A stretch of 64,000 nt of DNA from Rebecca billardiae RCC1528 (GCA_965240325.2 OZ251245.1:1178001-1242000); one strand, 5' to 3'. Numbered from the stretch's first letter, positions 12,105 through 24,860 are shown. A program made the numbers and translations. Notes: generated by a model not told the origin, from the letters alone.

Positions 12105-12677
12105 AGCCCTTCCGCTCGCAAGCGATCTCGTCCAGGCCTCGTGGAGGTGGAGAAGGACACAAAAAAGGAGCGAAGATTGCTGAGATGCTAAGGAGATTGC
12201 GGCCAAGCCATCATGCCTTCCGGGATGACCATTGGCTCGTTTTCTTCCTGATTCCAGTCTTTCGCCTGATGGTATTGAGATAATATGTCTCACTTTGGCG
12301 ACCGCTCATTTTTCGATCCCCCCCCAACCGACCAATGGGAAGGCGGAGCCGCGACTCGCTCTGAAAATGCGTGAATTGTTTCGCGGTCTGGCGGACCGGC
12401 CCGTGGAAAAACGCAGCGGCTTGGAGTTATATTGAATAATTGGAGCGTTATTACGACGACAATTTATTCTCTAACAGTTATTATTTGCTGTTTGGCGTGA
12501 TATGATAATAATGTTACAGATATGTCAGTCAGCACTAGTCACGACATGCATAGGCCCTTGGCTACATAGGCCGCCTGCTATGAAGCTACAGTTAACAGCG
12601 ACGATATATATATATATATATATATATGCGTATATATCTCTCTCTACTCTCTCTCTCTCTCTCTCTAGAGAGAGACT

Positions 12678-12711
<34 letters not shown>

Positions 12712-12759
12712 GAGCAGAGATCATCCTGGGACGCGGCGCGGCGGCGCGGCCGCGCATAC

Positions 12760-12847
<88 letters not shown>

Positions 12848-13129
12848 CATACATACATACATACATACATACATACATACATACATACATACATACATAC
12901 ATACATACATACATACATACATACATACATACATACATACATACATACATACATACATACATACATACATACATACATACATACATACATACATACATAC
13001 ATACATACATACATACATACATACATACATACATACATACATACATACATACATACATACATACATACATACATACATACATACATACATACATACATAC
13101 ATACATACATACATACATACATACATACA

Positions 13130-13162
<33 letters not shown>

Positions 13163-13163
13163 T

Positions 13164-13259
<96 letters not shown>

Positions 13260-13602
13260 TAGCCGTCCTCGTGACGCTGCGTTTTTTGTCGGGCCTGGGC
13301 CGCAACCCGCGAACAATTCACGCTTTTTTTCGCGATGCCCGCGGTTCTGCCTTCCCATTGGTCGGTCGATGGATCATCTCAACTTCTCCCGGGACAAAGT
13401 GAGACATATTATCTCAATAGCATCTTTATGAATCTTTGGAATCAAAGTTGAAAGAGCCAATCGTCATCCCGAAAGGCACGATGATGCCGATTCGGCCTAG
13501 CTGCAATCTTGTTAGCATCTCGGCCACTGTTCGCTGGATTTGTGCGGGTTTCTCAGCGGTCGAAGGGGTCTCAAGCAAAGTTGAAGGCTTGCGGGAGCGG
13601 AA
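12105..13602. repeat. Diverged ~320-bp inverted repeat (12105-12420 vs 13275-13602), probably transposon ends, flanking microsatellites
   Basis: Shared blocks such as TATTGAGATAATATGTCTCACTTTG / CAAAGTGAGACATATTATCTCAATA and CCGACCAATGGGAAGGC / GCCTTCCCATTGGTCGG. Confidence 0.8.
12604..13256. repeat. Compound microsatellites (TA)n(CT)n(GA)n and (TA)n(TACA)n(TA)n
   Basis: Directly visible; the TACA tract spans ~12842-13157. Confidence 0.98.
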
Positions 13603-14049
13603 AACTACAGGGTCTCCAACATTAAACTGGACACTTTGGGCAGCAGCTCAGCGTACGGCCTGTGGCTGCCTCGCGCGGGGTCAGGAGCGGCCAGCTCGGC
13701 TCGTGTGCACCCCACTAGGTCTGTCTGCGACCGCGCATAGCCGGGCAGCCCGCGTGGAGCACCCCTGTCTGGGTCATGCGGACAGTCGGCACAAGGCTGG
13801 TCGTGAGGGCCGTGAAGCAGCCGTGTGGCTTCTGCGCATGTCTGTAGCCAGCAAGCCCGCTCAAGGCCGCGCAGATATTATTACGTGGCATGGTCGATGA
13901 CTATGCGGCATGCGCTCGACAGCCCTGGGCAAGCCCGGACGTAGCGCTACACCAGGAGTATATACGGCTCGATCGGACCAGCCTACCAGTTGCGCACCTC
14001 GCTTGCACAGCTGCTGCACAGCCCATCGATCGGCTCTGGCCGTGCAGGC

Positions 14050-16626
14050 CCGGCTCTTGGAAAAGGCGTAACGTCCGTATTTCATACGCAGGCCCCTGAG
14101 GGAGGGACCTGCGCAGGTTCCTGATACGGAAGGTCCCTAGTGTGACAGATTGTCGTCTGTCAGTGTCTGAGTGCACGACGCGGTCTGAGCGCGCGCGCGC
14201 GCGGCGCGCCGCGCGCGCAGCGCGCGCCGACGCAGTGTCTGGTGAGCTGAGTTGCGTTGCTGACAGTGGAGCGGCGCGCCGCGCGCGCCGCAGGCGCGCG
14301 CGGCGCGCAGAGCCGCGCGCTACACGCCAAAAAGACGCGCGAGGCCCTTACGATGCAAATGCTTCAATCCGCACCTCGATCGACGAGTTGATGGTGAAGA
14401 GTTATGGCTGTTTTCGTGCGCGCTGGCCCGCAGGGGCGGCGGGCGCGGGGCTGCGTGATGTAGACCTCGATGCCGACATTGGCGCAAGCGACAAGCGCAG
14501 GGCGCTCACTGCGCAGGCGTGAGCACGGGGCAGGGGGATGTCAGCACACGCGCGCCGGCGCCGTGTTGGGCGGCGGGCGCGCCGCGCGCGTGCCACCGTG
14601 CACCTTCGAGATGTCAGCGGGCAGCTTGGACCCTCCGCGCCCGTGCTTCTGCACGACCTTGCTCTGCTCGGCGCGGTTCCGCGTGGCCGCGGAGGTGTGC
14701 GTGAAGTGCCACGCCCTGCCCTTGAAGTGGATCGACAGCGCGCGATCGAGGAAGGGGATGCACTCGGCGAGGTGCGGCTTGGGCGCGCGTTCCAGCAGAC
14801 CACTGCTTCCTCGACGCCCGCCTTGAACGAGAGGTGGCGCCCCGGCGTCGCGCAGCGGTCCCACACGCCTCCCATGCCCTCGACGACCGCCTCAGACGCG
14901 CCCTTGAGCGCGCAGTGCTGGAAGAGGTAGAGGTAGCTGAGGCAGCACTCGTAGAACTTGGGAAGAGAGAAGACGTCCTGCGCGAGCACGGCCGAGCTGG
15001 TCGCCCCGAGCCACCGCGCGCGGTGCAGCTCACTCGCGTCGATCAGCAAGCGGCAGAGCGCGTTGAACTCGCCGACGACCACCTCGTCTCGCGGCAGCGT
15101 GATGCCGTGCCACCGGGAAGCAGAGTCGGGCGCGCCGACAAAGTCGGCGACGGTGCGCGCGCCGCGCGCGGAGCCGGAGGGCGTTCCGGCAGACGGGCGC
15201 GCCCAGCCGGCGAGGGTGCGCAGATGTCCAGCAGCATGAGCGCGGTACTGCTCGCCCTCGACGCTCAAGCTGGCCATCTTGCGCAGGTCGAGGCAGCCCG
15301 CCATCGCAGCGAGCAGATGCTCGGCGCTGCCCTGCTGCCGAAACCTGCGCAGCTCGTAGTTGTCAGCGATGCGCTTCGCCATCTCGGCGACGCCGTTCAG
15401 CGCGAACTTGATCGCGCGCCGCGCCTCCTCCGCTTTGGGCTTCGACTCGATCATCGGGAACTCGCGGCGGAAAGCTGCGCCGAGCCGCAGCTCCGAGGGC
15501 AGCGTCAGCGAGATCGCCTTGTGCTCGCGAATCAGCTGCGGCGTGCAGTTCTCGAGGTCGGCCATGTTGGCGCGCAGGAACTCGAGAGCGGGCACGCCAA
15601 GCTGCTGCGAGCCGGCCGGCGCGGGCATCACGCGCGACACGGCGCCTCGGCGCAGGTCGCCAGCGAGTTGACGCCTTGACGGAGGAGCTCGATAAAGGCG
15701 CGAGGGGCAGCATCGCACTCCCGCAGCAGTGAGTTCACCTCTTGCTCAGGGAGGGACGCGTCGACGGCTCATCTGCTCGCTGGTGCGCGCCATCTGCATG
15801 AGCAGCGACCCGTGGCTCGAGGGCGGCAGCAGTGCGTGTGACGCGTCATCACCGTTGCCGTCGCTGTCTGCTTGAGTCAAATCTAGTGCGTCGGCAGCAG
15901 CGCAGTCGTCGGCCGCGCTCGCCCGCGGCCCTGGCGGCGTCCAGCTGGGCTGTCTCGCCCGCGGCTCTGGCGGCGTCCAGCTGGCGGACTGGACGTCGCC
16001 GGATTCGTCGATGCGCCGGCGCCTCGGGTCCGCGCGCGCTGCGTCCGCAGCACCTGCATCGTCATCGTCAGAGTCCGCGTCCTCGATGGGGTCGGACGCG
16101 AGCTCAACCGCGCCGCGCTTGAAGCCGTGAAACGCAGCGAAAGCTTGCTGCTGCCTCGAGAGTAGCGCCTCGTAGGCTGCGCACAACCGCCTGTGCTTCG
16201 CCAGGTTCTTCGCGCAGAACTCGTATTGGCAGCCCTCGCACGTCGCCTTCTCGCTCGCGTCTCGTCGGGGCATCGTGGGTGCGCCCGCCCGGGCCCGGGC
16301 GCGGCCGGCCGCGGAAGTTCTGAAGTACCGTGTACGGTCCGTTGGTTCAGTAAGTAGTGTCTGACGACGTACGACTAGTACTGTCTGTCAATCTGTTATC
16401 TATCATATTATCGATTGTCAATGTAGATCTCAATTAAGGCACAACCGCACAAGAGTTGATCAAGAGTGTGTGACTTGTACGCTGCGAGTCTGCGACCGTG
16501 CGACACAGTTACGGCGTTACGCGTAACCCGTTGGCCGTTACGCCCGTTAGGCCGTTACGCTGGCAGGTCCCCTGAGGCTGAGCGCCCACAGTGTACGCAG
16601 GTCCCTCAGCAGATTCCAAGAGCCGG
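14050..16626 (-). mobile_element. hAT-type DNA transposon, internally deleted
   Basis: Perfect 13-bp TIR CCGGCTCTTGGAA; 8-bp TSD GTGCAGGC (14042-14049, 16627-16634); the empty site is visible in the second MITE copy at ~19036. Confidence 0.92.
14541..16273 (-). pseudogene. Transposase remnant: N-terminal Zn finger and hAT-like C-terminal dimerisation region
   Basis: CEGCQYEFCAKNLAKHRRLC; SEAVVEGMGGVWDRCATPGRHLSF..EEAVVCWN resembles the hATC motif; frame breaks near 15740 and 14790; no catalytic core recognisable. Confidence 0.65.
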
Positions 16627-17079
16627 GTGCAGGCAAGGGCTACAGTCGGCGCCACTACCCGCAGCGAACGCTGGAGACCCACCAGTGCGCGCACCAACCC
16701 GCCCGCCGCCAAATGCAACCGTGCGCCAGACGATACGAATTTTAGCAGGCATGCCACCCGCGGGGGCTCCGTGGACCTGTTCAGAGCCAACCGCTAGTCG
16801 GTTGAGCTGTACATCCAAGCCAGCCCTGGCCACACGCTGAGCGCGCCGCTCGCTGCACCCACACCCTGTCGTCATCCGAGGAGTAAGGTCCATGGCGCTC
16901 ATGCGAGCCTCTGGCCCATCTCATCGTTAGCAGCCGTAGTCAGCAAAAATCAGTGTCCGAACAATTGTTGGGGACCCTGTGTGCACACTCGCCTGCCGCA
17001 TGTTGAGTGACTGTCAGCCAGGGAGCTGAAGACGACGGCTTCTCAGAGGCCGCGCGAGCTCGACGGCGGCGCGCGCGGG

Positions 17080-18167
17080 CACGGTGGGCTGGCGCGGCCC
17101 CGGCGCGCGCCCATCCGGCCGCACGCCGCCGCGCCAGCCGCTCCTGCACGCGGGCTGACCGAGGCGCCAGCCTCACCCAACCGCCGCTGCTTGCCGTGGA
17201 GCTGGTCGGGAGATGATGGGGTGGGTCGGCTGCTCCCAGAAGCTCTCCACGCGCGCCGCGCGCGCTGCATACGGGTGCGGCGGGTCGGCGCGGCCCCGCC
17301 GCGCGCCCATCCGGCCGCGCGCCGCCGCGCCAGCCGCTCCTGCACGCGGGCTGACTCCGGCGTCAGCCTCACCCAACCGTGAGCCGCCAGCTGCTTGCCG
17401 TGGAGCTGGTCGGGAGATGATGGGGTGGGTCGGCTGCTCCCAGAAGCTCTCCACGCGCGCCGCGCGCGCTGCATACGGGTGCGGCGGGTCGGCGCGGCCC
17501 CGCCGCGCGCCCATCCGGCCGCGCGCCGCCGCGCCAGCCGCTCCTGCACGCGGGCTGACTCAGGCGTCAGCCTCACCCAACCGTGAGCCGCCAGCTGCTT
17601 GCCGTGGAGCTGGTCGGGAGAGGATGGGGTGGGTCGGCTGCTCCCAGAAGCTCCCCACGCGCGCCGCGCGCGCTGCATGCGGGTGCGGCGGGTCGGCGCG
17701 GCCCCGCCGCGCGCCCATCCGGCCGCGCGCCGCCGCGCCAGCCGCTCCTGCACGCGGGCTGACTCAGGCGTCAGCCTCACCCAACCGTGAGCCGCCAGCT
17801 GCTTGCCGTGGAGCTGGTCGGGAGATGATGGGGTGGGTCGGCTGCTCCCAGAAGCTCCCCACGCGCGCCGCGCGCGCTGCATGCGGGTGCGGCGGGTCGG
17901 CGCGGCCCCGCCGCGCGCTCATCCGGCCGCGCGCCGCCGCGCCAGCCGCTCCTGCACGCGGGCTGACTCAGGCGTCAGCCTCACCCAACCGTGAGCCGCC
18001 AGCTGCTTGCCGTGGAGCTGGTCGGGAGATGATGGGGTGGGTCGGCTGCTCCCAGAAGCTCTCCACGCGCGCCGCGCGCGCTGCATACGGGTGCGGCGGG
18101 TCGGCGCGGCCCCGCCGCGCGCCCATCCGGCCGCGCGCCGCCGCGCCAGCCGCTCCTGCACGCGGGC
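17080..18167. repeat. 204-bp tandem repeat, ~5.3 near-identical units
   Basis: Equivalent ORFs start at 17191, 17395, 17599, 17803 and 18007 (204-bp period). Confidence 0.97.
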
Positions 18168-18603
18168 ATGGCTGCCGAAGATCCGCACGGAATCGGCCGG
18201 GCATCAGACAGCAGTACCCGAATAACGGTTCGAATCGCTCAGTAACGTCGAAAGCAATGCCTGCCGGCCGCGGCGCGCCGGCGCGCAGGTCAGCACGGCG
18301 GGCACGCGCTGGTACGGACCACTGTGGTGCTCCTGCGAGCAGCTGCTGACGCGATGGCGCGATGAGACCAGCGTCCTCGCAAACACGTGACCAGGTGGCC
18401 CAGTGCCACTGCCCTGCCTCCACACGCTAGTCGAGGGAGTGACGCGTGCCGAATGTGTCTCGCCGGATGACCACCAAGGCTGCTGTCAATAAATATGAGG
18501 TGGGTCTCGTCGACAACCCGAACTGCTGGGTGTCTATTTGAAATATACTCCGCAGATTCTGCCAGTGGCAGCTACGGAGCTACGCTCGTCGCCGAGATAC
18601 CTT

Positions 18604-19385
18604 CAGGGTCTCCAACATTAAACTGGACACTTTGGGCAGCAGCTCAGCGTACGGCCTGTGGCTGCCTCGCGCGGGGTCAGGAGCGGCCAGCTCGGCTCGT
18701 GTGCACCCCACTAGGTCTGTCTGCGACCGCGCATAGCCGGGCAGCCCGCGTGGAGCACCCCTCTGGGTCATGCGGACAGTCGGCACAAGGCTGGTCGTGA
18801 GGGCCGTGAAGCAGCCGTGTGGCTTCTGCGCATGTCTGTAGCCAGCAAGCCCGCTCAAGGCCGCGCAGATATTATTACGTGGCATGGTCGATGACTATGC
18901 GGCATGCGCTCGACAGCCCTGGGCAAGCCCGGACGTAGCGCTACACCAGGAGTATATACGGCTCGATCGGACCAGCCTACCAGTTGCGCACCTCGCTTGC
19001 ACAGCTGCTGCACAGCCCATCGATCGGCTCTGGCCGTGCAGGCAAGGGCTACAGTCGGCGCCACTACCCGCAGCGAACGCTGGAGACCCACCAGTGCGCG
19101 CACCAACCCGCCCGCCGCCAAATGCAACCGTGCGCCAGATACGAATTTTAGCAGGCATGCCACCCGCGGGGGCTCCGTGGACCTGTTCAGAGCCAACCGC
19201 TAGTCGGTTGAGCTGTACATCCAAGCCAGCCCTGGCCACACGCTGAGCGCGCCGCTCGCTGCACCCACACCCTGTCGTCATCCGAGGAGTAAGGTCCATG
19301 GCGCTCATGCGAGCCTCTGGCCCATCTCATCGTTAGCAGCCGTAGTCAGCAAAAATCAGTGTCCGAACAATTGTTGGGGACCCTG
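18604..19385. mobile_element. 782-bp MITE (copy 2, uninterrupted)
   Basis: Same TIRs and body as 13608-16979 without the hAT insert; no TSD visible. Confidence 0.92.
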
Positions 19386-19469
19386 TAGGAGACCGCGGCG
19401 AAGTGGCGACAGCTTGCGAAGGGCGTCCACGATGGGCCATACGGCTTACTGTGCAAGGCAACTCGTGCG

Positions 19470-19890
19470 GGATCGGGCGCGTACGGCGACGTTTGCATGG
19501 TCGTCAATGCGCAGGGTGGGCGGCCTGCGGTGAAACTCACACGACGCCCGACCGCTGGCAACCACACCGCCGTCAGGCCGAGCTTGGCCGCACCCCGCGT
19601 GCGGCGTGGACCGGCCGCCGAGTGGCTTGCGGCCCGCTCAGCACGTACGTCGTCTCACGCATCGGGCCGAAGCAGAAGCGGCGGTACATGAAGCTGGCAG
19701 ACTCGGTCATGGAGTGCTTGTCGGTGCCGTCGAACGTCCACCCACCGACGTCCGTGCCGATGCCAAACTCCTTCTGCTGGCATCCGAGGCACTCGATGAT
19801 CACGCCCTTCGCCTTCGGCTTGTGGAGGCGTCCACGGCGTACCCGTATTGATTGGGACAGGCGATGCGCGAGGACAGCTGAGGGCAAGCC
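19470..19890 (+). pseudogene. Kinase-fragment relic (copy C) with an antisense inserted gene fragment
   Basis: YGDVCMVVNAQGGRPAVKLTRR; the block GGAGGCGTCCACGGCGTACCCGTATTGATTGGGACAGGCGA matches copy B. Confidence 0.55.
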
Positions 19891-21409
19891 AGCCCGCGCG
19901 GTCCGAGCGTGCGCAGCGCGCGCCGCTGGGCTTGCGTGGCGGCAACAGGCTCCGTTGTGCGGCAGACGGTCGAGTCCGGGGCACACACGTGCTGACGCAG
20001 TCGCCTACGCAACTGGCTTCGGCTGCCGTGCCTTCGCGGTCGTGCACCAAGCCTGCGTCGCCGCGCGCCGACGCGCCGCCGGCGCGGCGGAGTGCGGGAC
20101 GCGGTGCCGCCGCCAGTCAGTCGTCCGGCTGACGAGTCCGCGTCGTTCAGTCACACACGGACGACGGCTGCCGCGTAATGACCGGGCTGGCCCGCGGCCG
20201 CCCACCCAGCCAGTCCCAGGGTGTCCGGAGTCGTGACCGTTGGCAACGGTCACGACAGTGCTCAGGCCTCCTCCGAGAAGTTCGGCGCGTCGGGCTCGAT
20301 CGTCATGCCGGCTGTCATGCCGCGCGCGCTAAATATTATCGTCGTCGATCGATTTAATAATCTAAACGGGCGCCGTCGCCATTGCAAACTTATTCAAAAC
20401 TTAAACTACGTCCGTACCGTCGGCTAGTACCGCTCAGATACTGCTCCAGCAGTCAGACTGTCAGTCCGACGGTCACTCCGGGACCGCCGGACTCAGACTC
20501 AGTGCGTGACTTGTACTCTCCGGACCGGCACGGATGACCGCACGGTCCGACAGACGAGTCGGATCGACGGCCGACAGGAGAGCCAGACTGAGACACGCGT
20601 CAGTTCGATAACGTGAGACAGTCATAGCACCGTACTCCGTAGTAGCCGACGAGGGCTCGGACAGTCGGACTCGACGTGTCAGTCCGTCAGACCGTCCGCC
20701 GTACGCGTCAGTGACGAGACAGCGGCGCCAGTCGGTCGCCAGTCGACTGTCGAGTGCGGCACCGGGGCGGGAGCCGGAGCCGCTGTCCGAGTGGCACGCG
20801 GGTCCGAGCAGTTACACCGTGACGCCCGGCCTAAGTCGGTCCGCGCAAGACAGAAGTCGTGAGAAGACGCCGGCGGATCTGATCTGACTTACTGAGACTG
20901 AGCAGATGGCATCATATTCATATATAGCAGCATGCTGATCATATAAGTATATAGATGATAGCATCAGCCGTACCGCAGCAGTAAGGCTGATGTAGGCCGC
21001 CTGCGCGGCCCTGAGCGGGAGCCTGATGCCAGCTGACTCCTGTCTGAGGCGCGCCCGGCGCTGCCGCGCCCGGCACCCGGCTCCGGCGCGGCCGGTGCAG
21101 GTCAGCCGTCACTCGTCAGGGTGTCAGCGGTCAGGACCGCGTCCGGCGTCCAAAATCTACGAGTCTGTCCGCGGTCTCGGCGCCCGGGTCCGGACCTTGA
21201 AGTCGCTCAGCTGCGTCCGATGCCGCCATCCACAGAGGTATACAAAGTCCGTCTCCACGATCGTCAGAGTCACGCCGCCTCCTGACTAAGGCCGCCGGGC
21301 GCGCGCGCGTCGCGCCCCGGCCGTGAGGTGATCGTGAAGAACTGCGCGCGCGTACGGCGCGCGCGCGTGCCGCGAGGGCTGAATTGGAATGGAACCCTGC
21401 CGTGCCAGG

Positions 21410-22290
21410 ATATGCCCATCGCCCTCTGTCCTCGGGCGTCGCCCGTCCCAATGAATACTGGTACGCAGTGGACACCTCCACCTGCAGGCGTACAAGCGAA
21501 CGGCGGCGGGCGACGAGGGGCACTGTGATGTGCGTGCTGCATCCAGGCAGCGCGCCGGACGCGTACCTGAGCTTCCTGAGAAGCTGGGCCTTGCATCGGG
21601 CTGTGCTGTTCTCGGCGGACGCGCGTCGTGTGAGCTTCACCATAGCCAGCCCACCCTGGGTGTCGACGACCTTGTAAACATCGCCATGCGTGCTCGTCAT
21701 CGTACCGCATAACGGTTCAGCCTCTCCGTAAGCCGCAGATGGGACATCCATCTGCTCGACTCCTCGCTGGGGAGCCTCGGGTCGCGCGCCGAATTCACCG
21801 ACTTGCGCGACCTCAGCAGCCGGCCGAGCGGCGCCCAGCCGCGCATGCTTGCCCCCTCAGCACGGCGCGGCGCGGCGTGCACTCGGGCCAACGGGTGCCG
21901 CACGACATTTAGATAAAGAGCTTCTGCTCCTGCACTCGCAGGTTCCATAGCACGAGCGCGCCCAAGGCGAAGAGGAAGGCGTCGACGGGTGCGGGCAGCG
22001 CGTGTTCGTCGTGCTCCCCCGAGGAGCGCGCCGAGGGCAACGCCACGTGCGCGGCGCCGGCGACGCCGGGCAGCGTGCTCATGGTGTCGTTGAGGAATTC
22101 CGAGATTCCTCTCCCAGACGCGGCGGCGGCGGTGAGGCCGCGCCGCCCTGCTTGGAAGGAGCTCCGACTCCCAAGAGGGCCTTCGGCTGCAAAGCTGATT
22201 CTCTTCCGATCTCCTAGCCGATCTTCGTTTAGTCTATTGGTCCGACGAAGCACAGAAAATGTTTTTTTGGGGGCCTCGGCGTGCCGATCT
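21410..22290 (-). pseudogene. Kinase-fragment relic (copy B)
   Basis: THGDVYKVVDTQGGLAMVKL..KAQLLRKLRY resembles kinase subdomains I-III; homologous to copies A and C; frameshifted. Confidence 0.6.
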
Positions 22291-24597
22291 CGCACGTTAG
22301 TTTGGCAAGCGGTACAGAAACGCTGCGACGCCGACGCCAACTGCTGGCCGAAGGTGGGCACGCCGCCTGGCATGTCGATGCCGAGGCGGCTGCGTGTGTT
22401 CCTACTCAGTGGGATTTACGTGTCCTCATGCCTTGGCGAGCGGCAGCAGATGCGGTGGGCATGCCGCTCGCCGTCGACGAGACGCGGTGCGTGAGTCAAT
22501 CAGAAAGAACAACCCGGACAGACTGTTTGTCCGGGAGCAGCGCCCTTTGAGGCGATGGTCCGATGGTAGATAGAGGGCGATGTGGCTGATGAGCGGCGCT
22601 GGCGCCCGGCGTTCTTGTCGTCCTCTTAGACAATCAGTTATTATTGTACCAATAACCCCACATATATTAACGACGTGGTATGCAACGCAGGCAGGCGTCA
22701 GAGTCATATATATGACCGCGTTCCGCGGTCCTTCCGTAGAACCAACGTAGTTAGGGGCCCGCTACCAGGTCGTTCCCCCTGCACTGGGAATCCGCGGTTT
22801 CGCACTATTCAGAGCGCGAGGCCGCGGCATAGCAACGCAGATTTTCAGGTGCACCCTCCGTCGGCATATTATGCTGTCCGTCCAACGCGCGGCCGTAGCG
22901 GCAGCAGCAGCGCGGAGCGCCGTCGAGCACGCGCGGCAAACGAATAATGGAATATTATGCAGCGCGGGCGAGTCGACGGTCTGGAAAATGCGCGATCACG
23001 CCACAGCAGGCTGGCAGAGCCCGCCCCGAGCTGCAGCATGCGCCGTAGGTGCTGCCCCAAGCTCTCGACTGCCCGTAAGCGGCGGCATGTGCGGCGGCGC
23101 CGGCGGCGGCCATGCTGCCCCGCCGTTGCGCGCCGCGGGGCGCTGCCAGCACCTCCGTGGTGAAGCGCACAGCGCTCGAGCCCACAGGGGCTGGCGACCG
23201 TCAAACCGACACCCCATGAATGACACGGGCCGGGGCTGCGTGTGCCAGCTGCACGCACCCCCTGGGCCCACCTGGCCCGCTCGAGCAGCTCGCGCCTTGG
23301 GTGCGCACAGCGGCTCGAGTATACTGGTATGGGACGCCTGCTGCGGTGCCGCCTCGGAGCGAGCACGTGCGGCCGAGGGTCACGCAGCACGGGCGACTCG
23401 ACGGCGGCGAGCAGGCGCGACGGCCTCGCCGCGCCGCGGTAGAGCCTGCCCGGGCTGCAGCACGCCGTAGGAGCAGCCCAGCGCCCTCCTCCGCCCTCCA
23501 GCTTCGGCGCGCGCAGCAGGCCCGGCGGCGGACATGCTGGCGTGCCCAAGCAAGCAGGCAGATGGGCGCTGCCGGCCGCGCCGTCGGTCGCAAAGCGCGC
23601 AGAACTCGAGCTCGGGGGGGCGGACGGCCGCCAAACTGGCGCCGCAGGACGTGGCACTGCGTGCGCCAGCTGCGCGCACCCGCTGCGCCCGCGTAGCCCG
23701 TGCGAGCGCCGCGCCTCGAGCACACGCCGCAGCAGCTCGACACAGCCACTGCAGCGCGCACGCACGGCCTGCACGGAGTGCACGCCGTGGCCCGTCGGCA
23801 TCTTGGAAGCCGCCGAGAGAGAGCGTGTGCTTTCCCCGCACGACGGCGGTTGAGCTGCCGCGATGTATACGAGCGTGCTGCCGCGCCGGCCGCCGCTGCC
23901 CGGCCGCTGCGCCGGCTTCCACTCCGCGCCCGCTGCGCGTCCGCAGCTGGCAGCTGCGCCCGCCGTCAGCCGGCCCGGTGGCCAGCTGCCGCGCTCGCTG
24001 GGCGACCACTCGATGATGCGCGCAGCGTAAAGTGCGCGCTGGGGCACCTCCTCGTCGCGTGCAATTTCGAGGTAGTCCTGCATCTGCTCCTGCATCAGCC
24101 CCCGTCCCACCCTGCGCGCGGGCGCGGACGGCCGGAGTCGCACGCACGCGGTCCGATCGACGATCGATCGAGGCGCGGGCCGCGGCGGGACGGGCGTCGA
24201 CGCGCAGGTAGTAGGTAGGTATGGTGCCGGCGCTTCCCGCAGGCGTTGCGCGCTTGGGGCGAGTGGGGCGCGTGGGCGAGACCAGCGGCCAGCCAGCCCA
24301 CGCCACCGGCGCGAGGGCACCGGCGCGGCGCGCACACACACTTATTTGGGCCGCGGACCTGGTCGCGGGGCCGCCGCGCGGCTGCGTGACCGGCAGCTGT
24401 GAGTGAGCTGATCGAGTGAGCAAGCCGAATGCGCGTCCGGAGGTACCTGCAGGCGCGCTCGGGGAGGGCCGAGGGCGATAGGTCGAGACCAGCGGCCGGC
24501 CGGCACCCGTCGCGCACGCACTCGGTGCGCGCCTTTGAAGGCGGCATCCTCGCTCGGGCCGATGAGTCGTCGCGCCGCTCGCGAGCACGAGACAGCT

Positions 24598-24860
24598 GAC
24601 AGGCGGGTAACTTGGTTGTGACAAGCGCTATTCAATTATCAAGGCGGTTCATCCATCGAGGCAAGCGGGTAACTGGCTTTAAATAGCGCTATTCAAAAGA
24701 ATCTCTTCAATATGATGAGGAGGTTCATCCAACGAGACAGGTGGGTTTCAACTTGGTTTAAAAGCGCTATTCAAAAGAATCTCTTTCAATACCATGAGGC
24801 GGTTCATCCATCGAGACAGGCGGGTAACTTCTTTTCGCAAGCGCTATTCAAAAGAATCTG
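24598..24860. repeat. Degenerate AT-rich tandem repeat, 4 units of ~62-79 bp
   Basis: Recurrent GACAGGCGGGTAACT..AGCGCTATTCAAAAGAATCT..GGCGGTTCATCCA. Confidence 0.85.

Larger units (their letters stand above)
13608..16979. mobile_element. ~0.78-kb MITE (copy 1) interrupted by a hAT element
   Basis: Ends CAGGGTCTCCAACA / TGTTGGGGACCCTG; 13608-14049 plus 16635-16979 match 18604-19385 almost exactly. Confidence 0.92.

Noticed and set aside
12502-13431. IY/IHTY and MYVC repeat ORFs
   Set aside because: Translations of microsatellites.
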